Positions 48,223 through 62,556 of a stretch of 64,000 nt of DNA are shown piece after piece. The notes under the pieces are model-generated. The model ran no database searches and was not told the DNA's origin. It saw only the letters and a list, made by a program, of their open reading frames with translations. The stretch is from the NCBI GenBank assembly GCA_001662655.1, contig KV460232.1. The stretch is one strand, 5' to 3'. This DNA comes from Pseudogymnoascus verrucosus (Eukaryota). The position numbers were made by a program, and so were the translations under genes. Position 1 is the first letter of the stretch; the number at the start of each line of letters is the position of its first letter.

Positions 48223-49293
48223 GGTGATGGTTGGGGGGGGGTGAGTGAGGGTGGGCGTGGGCGCTTTGAGAGAGAGAAAATGGAAGAGACTGCGGAGTTC
48301 TCCCTGGGTAGGATATGCGCAAGTGTCGCAATGGGGGTAATTGAGTGCGCTGGCTTGGAAATATGGCGTGTATTTCTGTCGAGTACAATCCTTCTCGAAT
48401 CAAAGAAGGTGGTGTGAAGTGAATGCCCCAATCAATTGGAGTTTCCGTACTGAGAAGTTTCTCGGTGCAAGGCTGATAACGATGGGATTTCCAAAATTTA
48501 GATAATATGTTTGCTTTGATGGCAAACTTCGGCGGTCGAAGGCGGTCAGCCACATTTAGCTCGCGCCACAAATAAATTCAGCCACACCCAACCACCACGA
48601 ACCACCGACCAACCACCAACCACCAACCTCAGCCGAATCCGGTGATTTGTACTGCAACAAATGTCTCACCCTCCTCTCACAATGCATGGTACTGAAGAAT
48701 GCACCATGTCCGGAAACAACAAGTTATGTAAACACCATCCCCCTTCCAACGCTTTCAACCTTTGTGCCACCGCTTTGAGAACCCCCCTCTCCCCCTACGC
48801 AGCCATAGCATTCTTTGTCCCAACATTCTAGCTTCAAGCAAGGGGTACATTAACCAGTCGATCCATCCTGTTCCGGGTTCACATCCCCAATAATACCGAA
48901 TACAGTACTCTCGGTGGCGCCTCCTTGCTAAATTCTACATTACTCGGTGCAAGGAGAGAGAGAGAGGCGTTAGGAGATGGCTTCAACCATCTTCGCAGCG
49001 CCCTCCAAGGCCCATCCCGGATCCTTCGCATGACTGCACGCGGTTCTACAATCCAGTTCCTCCACAAGTATAAGTCCATTCAATATTAGGGATGCTACTG
49101 TCTCTCATGTCTCTCATGTCTCTCATATTGATTTTCCTTTTATTATTTCCCTTCCCTTGCGTCTCCAGAATATCAACTATCATATTCCCCTACCCCATGT
49201 TACAGCGTGAATTTCTTTTTTTAGAGGAGCAGCGAGCAACAGGATTCCACCAAATACCAACAACCTACCACACCTTTTTTTTTAACCTGAACG

Positions 49294-51392
49294 ATGGGTT
49301 GCGAATCATCCACCCATCCTCGTCTTCGCGCCGTTTTACCAGCTTTGCAACGCAGGCCACATGTAACCCGCCGCTCGACGCAAGGTCAAGGTCAAGGTCA
49401 AGGTCAAGGTCGTTCCAGGGCAGCTGCAAGCTGGAGCTCGATGCCGGAATCTCGAGCTCAAGTTCAAGCTGTCAGCGACGAGTTTGTGAGTGGGATGCCG
49501 CGACCGAAGTGCTATTATGGCGATGAGATGCCTGGTCCTCTGCCTGTAGCAAGTGCGACTTTTGAAATCGTTTCGGCGATGCCGGAATGCATGAAGGAAA
49601 CGAGTTTGGATCTCCCCGCCTGGGTGGAGAATACGAATCGCCATACACTGAAATCGGGAGGGGGGGTTGTGGATGAAGAGCTGGTGCCGTGGATGCAGAT
49701 GCCCCAGCCAGAGCTGTTCAGCGGTATTAGCAAAGAGCAGTATAGGGAAACTCCTCTTTATTCTGAGGCTGGATCGCCAAATTTAGCGCGGGCATATGTC
49801 ACAGACGAGGTGGCATGTCCGCAACCGAGACCGCCGATAGTTTCGTGGGCGTCATGGGAGACGTTTGGGTTGGGTGATAACTTTGCCGATTTTGAGGCTC
49901 TAATTTCGCCTAAGAGAGGTGCTTCGTCAAATTCTGGGGCTGGAGATGGTAGAAGCTACTATGGCGATGCGTCTAGAGAGGATGGAGTCTCGGTATCATC
50001 GCGGCGGAGTTCGGGTCTCTCCATCAAATGCCAAGGCCATAATATCCCAGAACTCGCACCATTGACATTTGGTCAATCAGTAACCCAGCAAGTTGAGGAC
50101 AGCATGGTGCCAACCTCGATGGGTTCGGAGTTTATGGATTGGGCTGGGAATAGAGGAAGTGGTAGAAGTTCGCCGTGTTACTCCGAGGGTGTTTATGAGG
50201 TTAGTAAATTGCTCTCTTCTAATAAACTTATAATAACACATGCCAGGAATTCGCGACACCGCTAGCACCAGCGAGAGCACGTATTGTTCACATATCGAGA
50301 GACAGCTCCCAGTTTCGTACCAGGTCTACATCTCTATTCCAACGAGACTCCTCCGAACCTTCGCCGGCCAGAGTTTCTATGGATGAAGTGGCAACCCCAG
50401 CTCGCCATCCAGCCTCGCCAGATACGCCCGATTCCACGCCCAAATCCCGCTCAAGGCCATTCACTCCCTACCCCCACGCCATCATCTCCCTCGACACCCC
50501 GCCTCTAACACCAACCTACCCCCTCCCCCCCCCAACGCGCCTCCCCCCCCCCCCCCCCTTCGCTCCCACGCCCCCCCTCAACATCCACCCCCTTCCCGCC
50601 CTCCTCCGGCAACGAAAACACATCTCAGGGTCCACCACCACCGAACTCTCCTCCGAAATTCTAAACGATATCTACTCCGCCACGCGCCTCTCCTCTATCA
50701 AAAAACTTTCCCTCTCACACCCCTGCGTCACCACTATCCGCAACGCGCGGCGCCGCTGGCGCACTTACGATGGGCGGTACACCAATCCCTCCGCCGCCTC
50801 GCCAGGATATCTGGATTCCTTGTCCACTTCGCTGTCTTTATCAAGCGGCAATCAGAGTCCTGCTCCCCCTTCCTCCAGGCCAGCTTCGTTCCCACCTTCG
50901 GAGGTGGGGTCGAAGGATACGGAGAGTGAGGCTGTTTGGTCGCAGGGACTGGTTACGCGGACGGCGACGCCGGTTACGGATTTAGAGTCTGAGGCGGGGG
51001 ATGCGGAGGGTGCAGAGGGGAGATTATTGCCCGAGGCGGATTTGGGGGCGTTGAGACGGATATTTCCTGAGAGTAATGCGAAGTGGTATGGGATATTGTA
51101 TGCGCATATTGTGTGTTACAATCATGTGATGGATTTGGAGCAGGGGACTTCGTTTCAGCATTTGGAGGTGGACGAGGGGGATAGGAGGGGGAAAGAGGAG
51201 GAGGAGAGTGTGAGGTGTGGGTTGATTATGAGAAATTTGGAGTACTGTGTTAGTCGCATTATTTGCCGGATGAGGGGGAAGAATGGGAGGAAGGCGGATA
51301 AGGAGGCGGGTGGGGAGCTGAGGGAGTCGCACTTGGTGCTTACAGGCTCGTTGTCGACGTTGATAAGGTCGTGTGAGGGGTCGATAATGTAG
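49294..51392 (+). CDS. Hypothetical Ser/Pro-rich protein, 2 exons
   Basis: The 323-aa and 337-aa ORFs join in frame through an intron at about 50200-50247. The C-terminal block LRRIFP...LYAHIVCYNHV looks folded. Start codon is uncertain. Confidence 0.6.
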
Positions 51393-52077
51393 AATTATCG
51401 GGGCTGTGTGGTGTGGTTTTTATAAATCTTTAGAATTATTTTAATTAGACTAGAATAGACTTTTATTCAATTGGAGTTGATTTTTAATTCTAAGATAATG
51501 GAGGAAAATATTATTCTGTCAAATAAATGTTTAGGCAATTATCGGATTGGGATCAACTGAGTAATAGCTCAATTTACAATGAAAAGCTTGGTATAAGAAT
51601 ATCCTTTAGAGCCGGGATATAGATTTTCATGTCTAGGAACCCTTGTGCAAAGTTTCTGTAATCGCCAGACTGGCGGGGTCGAGATCATAAATTGGTACAA
51701 CTAATTATTTTTAGAACAGCAGATCTCTTTTTCGATGATTTACTTTAAAACCAACTTCATTACAAAACCACGACATATGATAACTGAAGGCCACAGCATT
51801 ACGCGAAATGTTGACGATCGATAGCTTGTGAAAGTGGGCTCGGCGAGTTTCCGCACCAAAATGCGGGGTTACCCCAAAACCCGCAGCTCCATCTCCTACC
51901 TTTACCGTGTACTGCCGGCCTGCTTACGCCCATAATTAATAATCATATATAGAAGTGAGTCAATCGGCAAGTCTGCTATATAACTACACATAAATCATAC
52001 AAGTTGTTCAAACAAATTACCTCTCCTTAAGCCTCCAGAACAGAACCCAAAGGAAACATCCAATCTTACCCCTCACC

Positions 52078-52764
52078 ATGTCGACCACCGCCGTCACCGA
52101 CACCTTCCAGGCCTACGTCTACTACCGCTCCTCCTGCTCTGGCCGCCTCCGCATCGCCCTAAACCTCAAATCCATAACCCCAACCTACAAATATGTCAAC
52201 CTCATCGCCAAAGAGCAGCGCAGCGAGGAATACACCCTCATCAACCCCTCCCACACCGTCCCCACCCTGATCATCACCCCCTCCTCTGGCGGCCCCCCCA
52301 CAAAAATAACCCAATCCATCCCCGCCCTCGAGTACCTGGAGGAAGCCTACCCCTCCCTCCGCCCCCTCCTCCCCAAAGACCTCGCCGGCCGCGCAACAGT
52401 CCGCACCCTAACCGCCATCATCGCCGCGGACCTGCAGCCCATCACCAATCTCTCGATTCTGAACCGCGTCGGGGATATCGGCGGGGACAAGGCGCTATGG
52501 GCGAAGGAGATTATGGCGCAGGGCTTGCTGGCGTATGAGGCGGTTGTGAAGAACACCGCGGGGACGTTCTCGGTGGGCGATGAGATCTCGATGGCGGATG
52601 TGTGTTTGGTGCCTGCGATGTGGGGGGCGGAGAGGTTTGGGGTCGATTTTGAGGAGATGCCGACGGTGATGAGGATTTATGAACGGTTGGCGGCGATGGA
52701 GGAGGTGAAGAGGGCGCATTGGTCGAGGCAGGAGGATACGCCTAAGGAGCTTAGGAGTGAGTGA
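52078..52764 (+). CDS. maiA: Maleylacetoacetate isomerase (GST zeta class)
   Basis: YYRSSCSGRLRIALNLK (zeta-class SSC motif), NPSHTVPTL, TQSIPALEYLEE, DLQPITNL, SMADVCLVP and QEDTP. Confidence 0.95.
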   Translation: MSTTAVTDTFQAYVYYRSSCSGRLRIALNLKSITPTYKYVNLIAKEQRSEEYTLINPSHTVPTLIITPSSGGPPTKITQSIPALEYLEEAYPSLRPLLPKDLAGRATVRTLTAIIAADLQPITNLSILNRVGDIGGDKALWAKEIMAQGLLAYEAVVKNTAGTFSVGDEISMADVCLVPAMWGAERFGVDFEEMPTVMRIYERLAAMEEVKRAHWSRQEDTPKELRSE

Positions 52765-54083
52765 TTTTTGGGGATGTTAGTTGAGGAGAAGAGGGGGGGG
52801 AACAGGTCTGGTGAGTTTGGACGAGTGAGTTTGCGCGATATTGGATGAGAGGGGAGGCAAGCATCGTGAACCTCAAGGAAGGGTTTGGGTAGCATCGATG
52901 GGAGGCACAGCAGCAGGAAGAAGGAAGAATGAAGCCGGAAGCAGGAACAATGAGGCCGGAGAACGCTCCAGACTTAGCCAGCCTGCCAAAAAATTGATAG
53001 GTTCGACAATTTGGAGGCGGAGGCCGGAGATAATACTTTAATTATCAAGCAAGTGATCACAGCTGTCATGCACCGGAAAGAGAGTCTCACGCGCCAGCAT
53101 GAAGCTCTCACGGACTCAATTTTTGCGTGAGCCGGAGAGATGATCGAGATGATCGGCGAATGACTCGCTCGATATGTCTCGCCTTAGAGCGTCATCTCCG
53201 CAGCCAAATACGACATTGTGTTCGCCTTAGAACAAGTTTATACGCCAGATGCGGAAGTGACTGCCGTGCTCCGGTCCCAAAATATAAGCCTGCCACGCCC
53301 ATCTGCCGCCTGGGCCCAGGCTTCCCCCACGAGGTTTTACTATTCCGTCATCCGTAGAATAAAATACACATTTTAAACTTCTCATTCCAGAATGGGGAAA
53401 CCTTTATACCATACCGGCGCCGAGACCAGCTATTGATGGAAAATACTGGCCGTCGGGGGATGTTGAAACAACCTTCATATAAATTCCTTGGCGGCCAAAA
53501 TGGCACCCCCCGACCAGCTTCCCCACCGACCCTTATTCGTGGAATGTTAGCGCTCCGCCGGTTCAGTCGCCGTCCCTCGAGGGGGTAGAGACCTTCGAGA
53601 ATACCTTGATTGAAACGGCTGTTGTGGATGGCTGCGTCCTGAAGAATATTGTTTCCTTGGCCGGCCGCGTATCCTTCTCGGGCTACTTGGAGGGCTCTGA
53701 CACCGGCACAGATCGCCACTAGGATCTACCCCGCAACACCTTAATCTATCTGGCGAGCCCAGAGAGGAGCTGCCGGCGTTAACTCCCAATGTGTGCCTTC
53801 CTTGGCAGCTGGGCGTTTATGCTTCGACGACGCCATGCTCAGGAGACCCTGGGATGGGATGGACTTCCGTGGACCACATGGCGATCACTTCTCTTTCCTT
53901 AATTTCTTAATATCAGTGGGGAATTGTAGTTCCGGACTATGGAGGTTTCTATAATCATCCTCCGTGGCATCACAGGAGTATAAGTATGTGATGATCCCGC
54001 CTGGATTCTTGCTCTTCACTCCACTCAGCATCTCTCTATCTTCACACACATTCAACAGTTACCTATTCCAACTCATCATCAAT

Positions 54084-55215
54084 ATGAAGCTCTCCATTCT
54101 CTCTGTCGGCCTCCTGGCTGGAGCCGTTGCTGCTGTGCCAACCGCCACAACTGACAGCCCTATTGTCAAGCGCGCCACCCTCAATGATGTGAGCTTCCAC
54201 ATTTTGCTAGATGCCATGGCCATCACTAATCACTTCCCAGGTTGGAACCGGTTACGCCAGCCAGAACGGCGGAACCTCCGGAGGAGCCGGCGGAACCACC
54301 ACCACTGTCTCCTCCTTCGCTCAGTTCACCGCCGCTGTTGCCGGCACCGCGAAGAAGGTCGTCGTTGTCTCTGGCCCCATCACCCAGACCGCCGACCAGA
54401 TCAAGATTGGCAGCAACACCAGCATCATTGGCAAGAGCTCCAAGGCCGTCCTCACTGGCTTCGGACTGTAAGCTTGAACCCCCCTTCTTATCTCCATAAA
54501 CCCCATACTAACGCATATCCTAGCCTCGTCAAGGAACAGTCCAACGTCATCATCCGCAACATTGCCATCTCCAAGGTTCTTGCTGGGAACGGAGATGCCA
54601 TTGGTGTTCGTAAGTTCTCCCAACTCGCCATGCCCACCGAAATCCCCCCTCTAACAATCCACAGAAAAGGCCACCAACGTCTGGATCGACCACGTCGACC
54701 TCTCCTCTGACCGTGACCACGACAAGGACTACTACGATGGACTGATCGACTTCACCCACGCCGCTGACTTCGTCACCGTCTCCAACAGCTACATCCACGA
54801 CCACTGGAAGGCGTCCCTCATCGGGCACTCCGACTCCAACAGCGCCGAGGACACCGGCCACCTCCGCGTGACCCAGAACAACAACCACTGGTCCAACATC
54901 AACTCCCGCACACCCAGCATCCGCTTCGGCACCGGCCACATCTTCAACTCCTACTTCTCCGCGTGCAGCGACGGAATCAACACCCGCGATGGTGCCCAGG
55001 TCCTCGTCGAGAGCAACGTCTTCTCCGGCAGCTCCAAGCCCCTTTACTCCACCGACGCTGGATACGCCGTCGCAAGCGACAACGACTTCGGAGGCGGCTC
55101 CAACACCGCCCTTGCCGGTACCCTCAAGTCCGTGCCTTACTCGTACACCAAGTTGGGCAGCTCCAACGTCAAGGCCGCTGTTGAGGGCAAGGTTGGCAAC
55201 AACCTCAGCTTCTAA
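54084..55215 (+). CDS. Secreted pectate lyase (polysaccharide lyase family 1), 4 exons
   Basis: Signal peptide MKLSILSVGLLAGAVAA. Motifs GYASQNGGTSGG, SNTSIIG, NVIIRNI, GDAI, VWIDH, DGLID, HWKASLIG and RTPSIRFG. Confidence 0.95.
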
Positions 55216-55472
55216 ATGCGCTGTGAAACATAGGGGGGGAGAGGAGAATAGGGGGAGAAAGGGGGCAACTGAGTTGCTTGACCTAGTTAAGGGCATATTT
55301 CATGCTAGTTCCGTGTAGATACTTTTTCAAATTCATTGTGTATGCCTCACTTCTCGCTCCCCATGCTTTATTTACACTTTGTGTGGACCGCCAGCCAAAA
55401 AAAAAATATCATGTCCAAGAAATTCCTCCCCTCAGCCGCTTCGCTAAAAATCGCTCAGAAAGGCACCACCAC

Positions 55473-56775
<1,303 letters not shown>

Positions 56776-57724
56776 TTTTTCAGGTCCTGTGAGGGGTGAT
56801 GTGATGATGGTATCAAGAGAGGGTGAAGCTTCTTGATCTCCTTCAGGAGTATATATGAATATGAGAGATTGATATCAAAAGATACGGTATCGAATGAGAA
56901 TGGTCTGAAATGAGACGTTTCACGGGTATCTATATCTAATATATAGAAAAACAAGCGTGAAATCATGAACAAGAGAGACATATATGTACCTACCGTATGA
57001 TTTCTCCAGGTATAGCCCATGGCCGCCATGCCCTTAGCAACTCCCCTTTCCAACTCGCCGACCAAATGCGATGACGCTGAGGTAGGGGCGGAACGGTAGC
57101 AGGCGAAGAGGGTGGTCAGCCATAATGCCGCGAGGAACCGCCCTGAAGCGACGGATTTGGATGACTAAGCGACTGCGGAACAGCACCGCAGCACCATACG
57201 CCGGGGATGGGGGGAAGCGGCAAAGTACGGCGGCGGCTGGCGCTAGACGTTATTGAGTTAGTGCAGTACAAGCTTAAGTCTCGATGGCTTCATTTTGAGA
57301 GAGGGAAGGCGCGCCCCGACGGAAGCCGAAGTCACTCTTCAGCGGATTTCGCGGGGGAGGTACAATGGGTGAATATCCGATTGAATTGTATGGATGAATA
57401 AATAAACGGTAAGCGCAGGAAAGTAGCTAGCCAGACATCTTCTACGTCACGTTATTTTTATATTTTATTTGATAACTTAACTTCATCTCTATCCTCTGTC
57501 TCCTTATCATCCGTACTTCTCAAAGCTGTCGCGGATATTCACACAAGGATACACACGGATATTGGAGCTACAGCCTACTGTTAGATATATATACAGCAAT
57601 TAGAGTTACACGCCACTATAAGAACGCACACGGCTATCAATCAGACAGGGAGCTATCAGAGATACACCAAGCTATCAGAAAAACACTCAGCTATCCTATC
57701 ATCTCTTCAACACCATCCGTCCCA

Positions 57725-58435
57725 ATGTCCATCCTCACCCCCCGCGACTCCGCCATCCTCTCCTCCCTCTTCACGGCCGAACCCCCCGCTCCCGCCTCGC
57801 TCCCCCCTCCCCCTCCACCCCCCGGACTCCCCAACTTCCCCTCCTCCCTCCTCCAAAGCATCCAAACCCTCGAATCCTCCGCCCTAAAACCTCTCAACAC
57901 CGCCTCACCCCCTGCATCCACAATCACCACCGCCATCGAGGAGCTGACATCGCTTATCGAAGCACACCCTACATATCCCTCCGCCTATAACAATCGCGCC
58001 CAGGCGCTACGGTTATTACATGGCTCGGACCTTACAGTCGCTTCAGCGGGGGAGAGTGGTATAATGGCTGATCTCGCCCAAGCAATCCGACTATGCACGC
58101 CCACCACAACAGGGCTCCAAGCCGACATCCTCGCAAAAGCGTACACCCAGCGCGGCGCCGTTCTCCTCTTAACCTCCACCACAATGCGAACTCTCGAGTC
58201 CGGCAGAAGTAAAGATGGTGGAGCAGTGCAGGTGCAGGTGCTGGGAGGGAGGAACGCGGATGAGGTGGAGGAGATGGCAAGAGCGGATTTTAGGGAGGGG
58301 AAGAGGGCGGGGGGGGAGGTGGCGGGCGAGATGGATGTTAAGATGAATCCGGTGAGGAAGCTGTGTGGGGAGATTGTGAGGGAGGCGATGGTGAGGGATT
58401 TGAGGGAGAGTGGGGTGTTGCCGGCTGAGGATTGA
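57725..58435 (+). CDS. TPR protein, TTC36-like; probable HmgX-type HppD accessory factor
   Basis: SAYNNRAQALRL, AYTQRG and ARADF...G...A...MNPVRKLC match my recollection of the TTC36 signature. Divergent from hppD. Confidence 0.75.
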   Translation: MSILTPRDSAILSSLFTAEPPAPASLPPPPPPPGLPNFPSSLLQSIQTLESSALKPLNTASPPASTITTAIEELTSLIEAHPTYPSAYNNRAQALRLLHGSDLTVASAGESGIMADLAQAIRLCTPTTTGLQADILAKAYTQRGAVLLLTSTTMRTLESGRSKDGGAVQVQVLGGRNADEVEEMARADFREGKRAGGEVAGEMDVKMNPVRKLCGEIVREAMVRDLRESGVLPAED

Positions 58436-58870
58436 GGGGGATAAGTTGGGAGTACTGGCGTTTGGATGGGAATTTTGCAAGCGCTTTATTGATGGGCGAA
58501 TGATGGGATGAGAGATGGCGGGTGTAAGATGCAGTAGAGAATGATAATGAGAAATGTTAGACAATACTAAGCTATGATTATGATTTTTATGTCGTTAAGT
58601 CGTAGAGTTCGTTGAGTCGTATAAGCTTTCTTAGCTCAGTCCCACAGGTTTGTCTGTGCTTGCATAACAGCCATAAATGAGAACCAAAGCCACTCCCGTT
58701 CCGTCCCAAGTATCCCATGCCCCCCAACCTTTCCCCTAACTCAGCATCCAGCAAGAAGCAAGCAATCGAACAATCCCCATATACCTCTCCATTACCCACC
58801 ATCATATCATGAACCACTGCCATTCTCTGCAGCCACACCATGCCTTCGGCTTTACGCAACGAGTCTGCAG

Positions 58871-60502
58871 TTAGTCACTATCGTCTTCATCATCCCCGGC
58901 GATAAATTCCCGCCCATATGTTGCCTCAGCCTTCCCTTCGTCCCCTTTATCATCCATCTCCCTCCTCAGCGACGTGATCTGCTGGCACAGCACGCGGAAG
59001 AAGACATTCCCCTTTAGCTCCTCTGGGATCTCATCTTCCGAAATCGGCTTGACAACCACCTTCTCCTTCTCCTTCTTCTCCACCGCCGGCGTCTCAATTT
59101 TCGCCTTATCAGCCCCGCCCTCCATAACCGCATCAGCCTTCTCAACAACAACCGTACTATCCGACGATGCACTCCCCCCCTCCTCCTCCACCTCCGCCTC
59201 CCCAGCCGCCTGCTCCACCTCCGTCTTCGTAGCCACCGCCACCAACGACGCCAAAAACAGCTCCTTCAAATACGCAAAGCTAAACCCCTCCGTAAACCCC
59301 GCCAACACTCCCGCCATCTGCGCCGTAACCTGTACCATCTCCTTCCCCTCCAACTTCTTCCCCCAGTACGCGCAGTACGCTTCTCGCTCTGCCAGCTCGG
59401 GGAGTCCGAAGTGGTACTTCCTATCGAAACGGCTGGGGCGCTTGGCGATGGCGGGGTCGAGCTTGTTGAGGTGGTTCGTGGAGCCGATCATGCAGATTCC
59501 GTCGTTGGATTCGAGGCCGTCTACCTCGTTGAGGAAGTAGGCGCGGATTTTATCCGTGACGAGCGAATCGAGGTCCTCGAAGATGAGGAGGCACGGTGCC
59601 AATGTGCGCGCGCGATTGAAGATCTCGCGGATACTGTGTTTCGGGCCATACGAGCAGTTATCGAGGTTCTTAACGTACAAGCTAGGGATCTTTCTCTCCC
59701 CAGTCTGCAGGGTATTGATGAGCGCCTTGATGCTCAGCGTCTTCCCATTTCCAGGGGTGCCGTGAAGGATGATCCCGCGCTTCCAGGGGATGTTGAGAGA
59801 GGTGTACATTTCCTCCGAGTCGAAGAAGGTGGTGATGTCGTTGATGATTCCGTCTTTGAGGGCAGGGGAGAGTATCACATCAGACCACTTTGTGCCCATC
59901 ACGCTGAGGTAGAGGTTTCGGTCTTTGCGCCAGGTGGTGTTGTCGAAGACGTAGATCTCGCTGTGCACGTCTGCGCTCCATTTTCCCACCGCCATGAGCA
60001 GTTTGTCGATCCGTTCCTTTGCGGCTTCGGAGGCGGCGGTGATGGCCTCGGGGGTGGTTTCCGGGGTGGCACCTACTGGCCATTTGCGGCTGAGGAGGAA
60101 GACGACGATCTCTTTCGAGCCATATGAATTGGCGTCGTACTCTACGTGGTAATAGAGATACTCGTTCCCTTCCCATACATACTCCCAAAGCCCAACTCGG
60201 ACTTTGTCCTTTAACTTGCCGTCGGCGTTTTTCTTTTTATTGCGCTGCGTTGGCGGCTTGTACTCCCGACTGATGTCATGGTTGTTGCCATGTATGGGCG
60301 TAGCTGTCGCCAGCCCGTAGTCGACAAAGCTTAGGAGGTGGCAGAAGGTGACTTTGGTGGCAACGACTTCGTACTCCGGGTAGTCCCTGCGGAGGGCTTT
60401 GTAGATGGTAAGCTCGGTCGATGGGCGTCTCTCGCTGAAATGGGAGTGGATGGCAAAGAAGGCGTGCTCATGAGCAGTTGGGGGAGCAGGGTAGTCAGTC
60501 AT
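58871..60502 (-). CDS. AAA+ ATPase (single AAA module, fungal BCS1-like/uncharacterised family)
   Basis: PWKRGIILHGTPGNGKT (Walker A), LLIFEDLD (Walker B), FLNEVDG, STNH...LDPAI..RPSRFDRK and GFSFAYLKE. Confidence 0.9.
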   Translation of the reverse strand: MTDYPAPPTAHEHAFFAIHSHFSERRPSTELTIYKALRRDYPEYEVVATKVTFCHLLSFVDYGLATATPIHGNNHDISREYKPPTQRNKKKNADGKLKDKVRVGLWEYVWEGNEYLYYHVEYDANSYGSKEIVVFLLSRKWPVGATPETTPEAITAASEAAKERIDKLLMAVGKWSADVHSEIYVFDNTTWRKDRNLYLSVMGTKWSDVILSPALKDGIINDITTFFDSEEMYTSLNIPWKRGIILHGTPGNGKTLSIKALINTLQTGERKIPSLYVKNLDNCSYGPKHSIREIFNRARTLAPCLLIFEDLDSLVTDKIRAYFLNEVDGLESNDGICMIGSTNHLNKLDPAIAKRPSRFDRKYHFGLPELAEREAYCAYWGKKLEGKEMVQVTAQMAGVLAGFTEGFSFAYLKELFLASLVAVATKTEVEQAAGEAEVEEEGGSASSDSTVVVEKADAVMEGGADKAKIETPAVEKKEKEKVVVKPISEDEIPEELKGNVFFRVLCQQITSLRREMDDKGDEGKAEATYGREFIAGDDEDDSD

Positions 60503-61586
60503 GGCGGTGGAATTGAGGGAAGATTGGATGATATGAACGATGAGGAGGGGGATGGAATTGTAGGAGAGAGGAGGGGTAATGAGAACTATGAGAGAAGGTC
60601 CCAGCCTTACTTATAGAGACCTGATGATGCTCATGGCCTGCGTAACCCTTCCAGGGAGATGTGAAATCCTTCACATGTATGCAGTGATATCAAAGCAGGC
60701 AACAGGCAGCAAGGCTGAAGATCGGAGAGTCTTCTTGGTTAGCTGGCTGGGTAGCTGCATATAGTGGTGCTACCCAAAAAGCCCGCTGATGGATTCAGAC
60801 TCGTGGTGGACCGTGCACCGCCAGCTGAGAATAGATTCTCTGCCTAAAGTAAAGCAGTATGACAGCTTTCATAAGCTTGATTTTGAAGTTTCTAAATGAA
60901 TAAAACAGCTTCAATATGACAATTATAACTCCAAGTGATAAGGAACCTTTACTTATTCTCAACATTGCAAACATATGAAGCTTTCGTAGCAGCTGCACGT
61001 TATTCCGAAGCTCAAGCTGGCTCTCATGCACGGTCCGCCCCAGAGTTGTCCAGCATTAGGATTCGGGAGCGTACTGCATACCCAGGCATCAACGGCCCTA
61101 TCAGACCAGCGAAGCTCGTACATTCGTCGTGGCTGTCTGCACATCAGCCCCTTGCATTAGCCAATGGCGGTGAGCTCCTGTGCAGCACCTACAATAACCT
61201 GATCGTCGATGTCTGCCTGGCGTTTGAACCTCTAATATTCACCATACAGCCTCCTTTCGGAGCAGCCAAGTGAGATGACAGCGTTCTAGACCCGTGTAGG
61301 GGGTATGGTGGTAATCCTGTGAAACCTCATGTAAGGAGAGTTTTGAACCGGGATTTGGATCCTGATCTGCGAGAATCCCTTGGGTAAAGTTCCCGTGACC
61401 AGGTCCAAACGGACGGTACAGGGTTCTGTATCTAAGAATCCATTGAGAAAAGTCTCCATGACGTGACCGAAAACCCAAACGGACGTGTGACCGAGATCAT
61501 AGTCCTTACAGCTTCAGAGGTGCCCGCATGTACAGGGCCCTATATCGCGGTTTTACCGTACACACAAGATCTACATCAAATCATCA

Positions 61587-62556
61587 TCAGACTCTTCTCA
61601 CAGAAAACTTCAGCCGTCTAGAATCCTTCAGCCACGCCTCATCCGAGTCCTCATTTCCAGCAAGTACTCTCGGCGGATCTTCCATCCACGCCTCAACCAC
61701 GAACTTCACCCCCGTCTGTTCGCTCACCTCTCGCCACAATCCCGCCCACGACTCCTCGTCATGCCTATAAAGAATCTTCTTTCCATCCTCGCTCCGCAAC
61801 GCCCCAGTATCCGAGCTGCTACCCACCTGCCACCCAACCAGTAGCGAGCCCTCCACCGGCCTCATCAGCTTGACAGTCCTCTTCGCGACCTCAATCTGCT
61901 GCTCATAGCTAAACAGATGGAAAAACAAGCCCGCATGCAGAACATCCACCTTCCCATCCAACTTCCCCAGTTCAGACGCAGGGTCAAACACATCCCCCGT
62001 CAAAAACTGGGCTTTGAAGCTGGCCTTGTCGCGAAACAGCGCGTAGCCCAGGTCCCAGAACTCGGAGCGCAGGTCCGTGCCGTAGAGGTTCTCGCTCGGG
62101 GCGCCGTCGGCGACGAGCTTTCTGATCTCGGTCCCGAGACAGCAGCCGAGGTCGAGGAAGGTCTGCTTGTCGTCTTTGAGGCGCGAGAGGATGGTAGGAT
62201 AGAGGGGGGAGGTGCGTAGGTTCAGGCCGACGAAGGAGAAGATGCCTATGCATGGGTAGGGGAACTGGGAGGGTGGTTAGTGAGGTGTTCGTAGAGGGGA
62301 GAGAAGGAGGTGGTACGATTGCCCATGCTCGGTCTCGCTGGAGAGGTGTTAGTTTTTAGACGTCGGCTGTGGCTAGGAGGAGACGCACGATTTCTTCTAC
62401 GTGAGGAACTACGCGGTCTGGCTCGATGCCGCTGTAATTCTCGAGTAGATCTCGAGCTTCCTTTGACAGGTTGTCTAAGGTCGGCTTATAGAATGGCGAG
62501 TCCTTTGACTGTGTGCTGAAGGCGACAGTTCGACAGAAGCTGTCTTTGCCTGTCAT
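61587..62556 (-). CDS. SAM-dependent methyltransferase (fungal AusD/Trt5-like family), 3 exons
   Basis: LLENYSGI...HV|RDRAWAI|FPYPCIG, FLDLGCCLG..IRKLVADG, NLYGTDL, LGYALFRD and FFHLF. Confidence 0.85.

Noticed and set aside
53964..54710. 248-aa ORF overlapping the pectate lyase
   Set aside because: Read-through of exon 1 into introns and wrong frames. The spliced model from ATG 54084 explains the region.
60780..61500. Short ORFs between the AAA ATPase and the methyltransferase
   Set aside because: No recognisable motifs or coherent exon structure.
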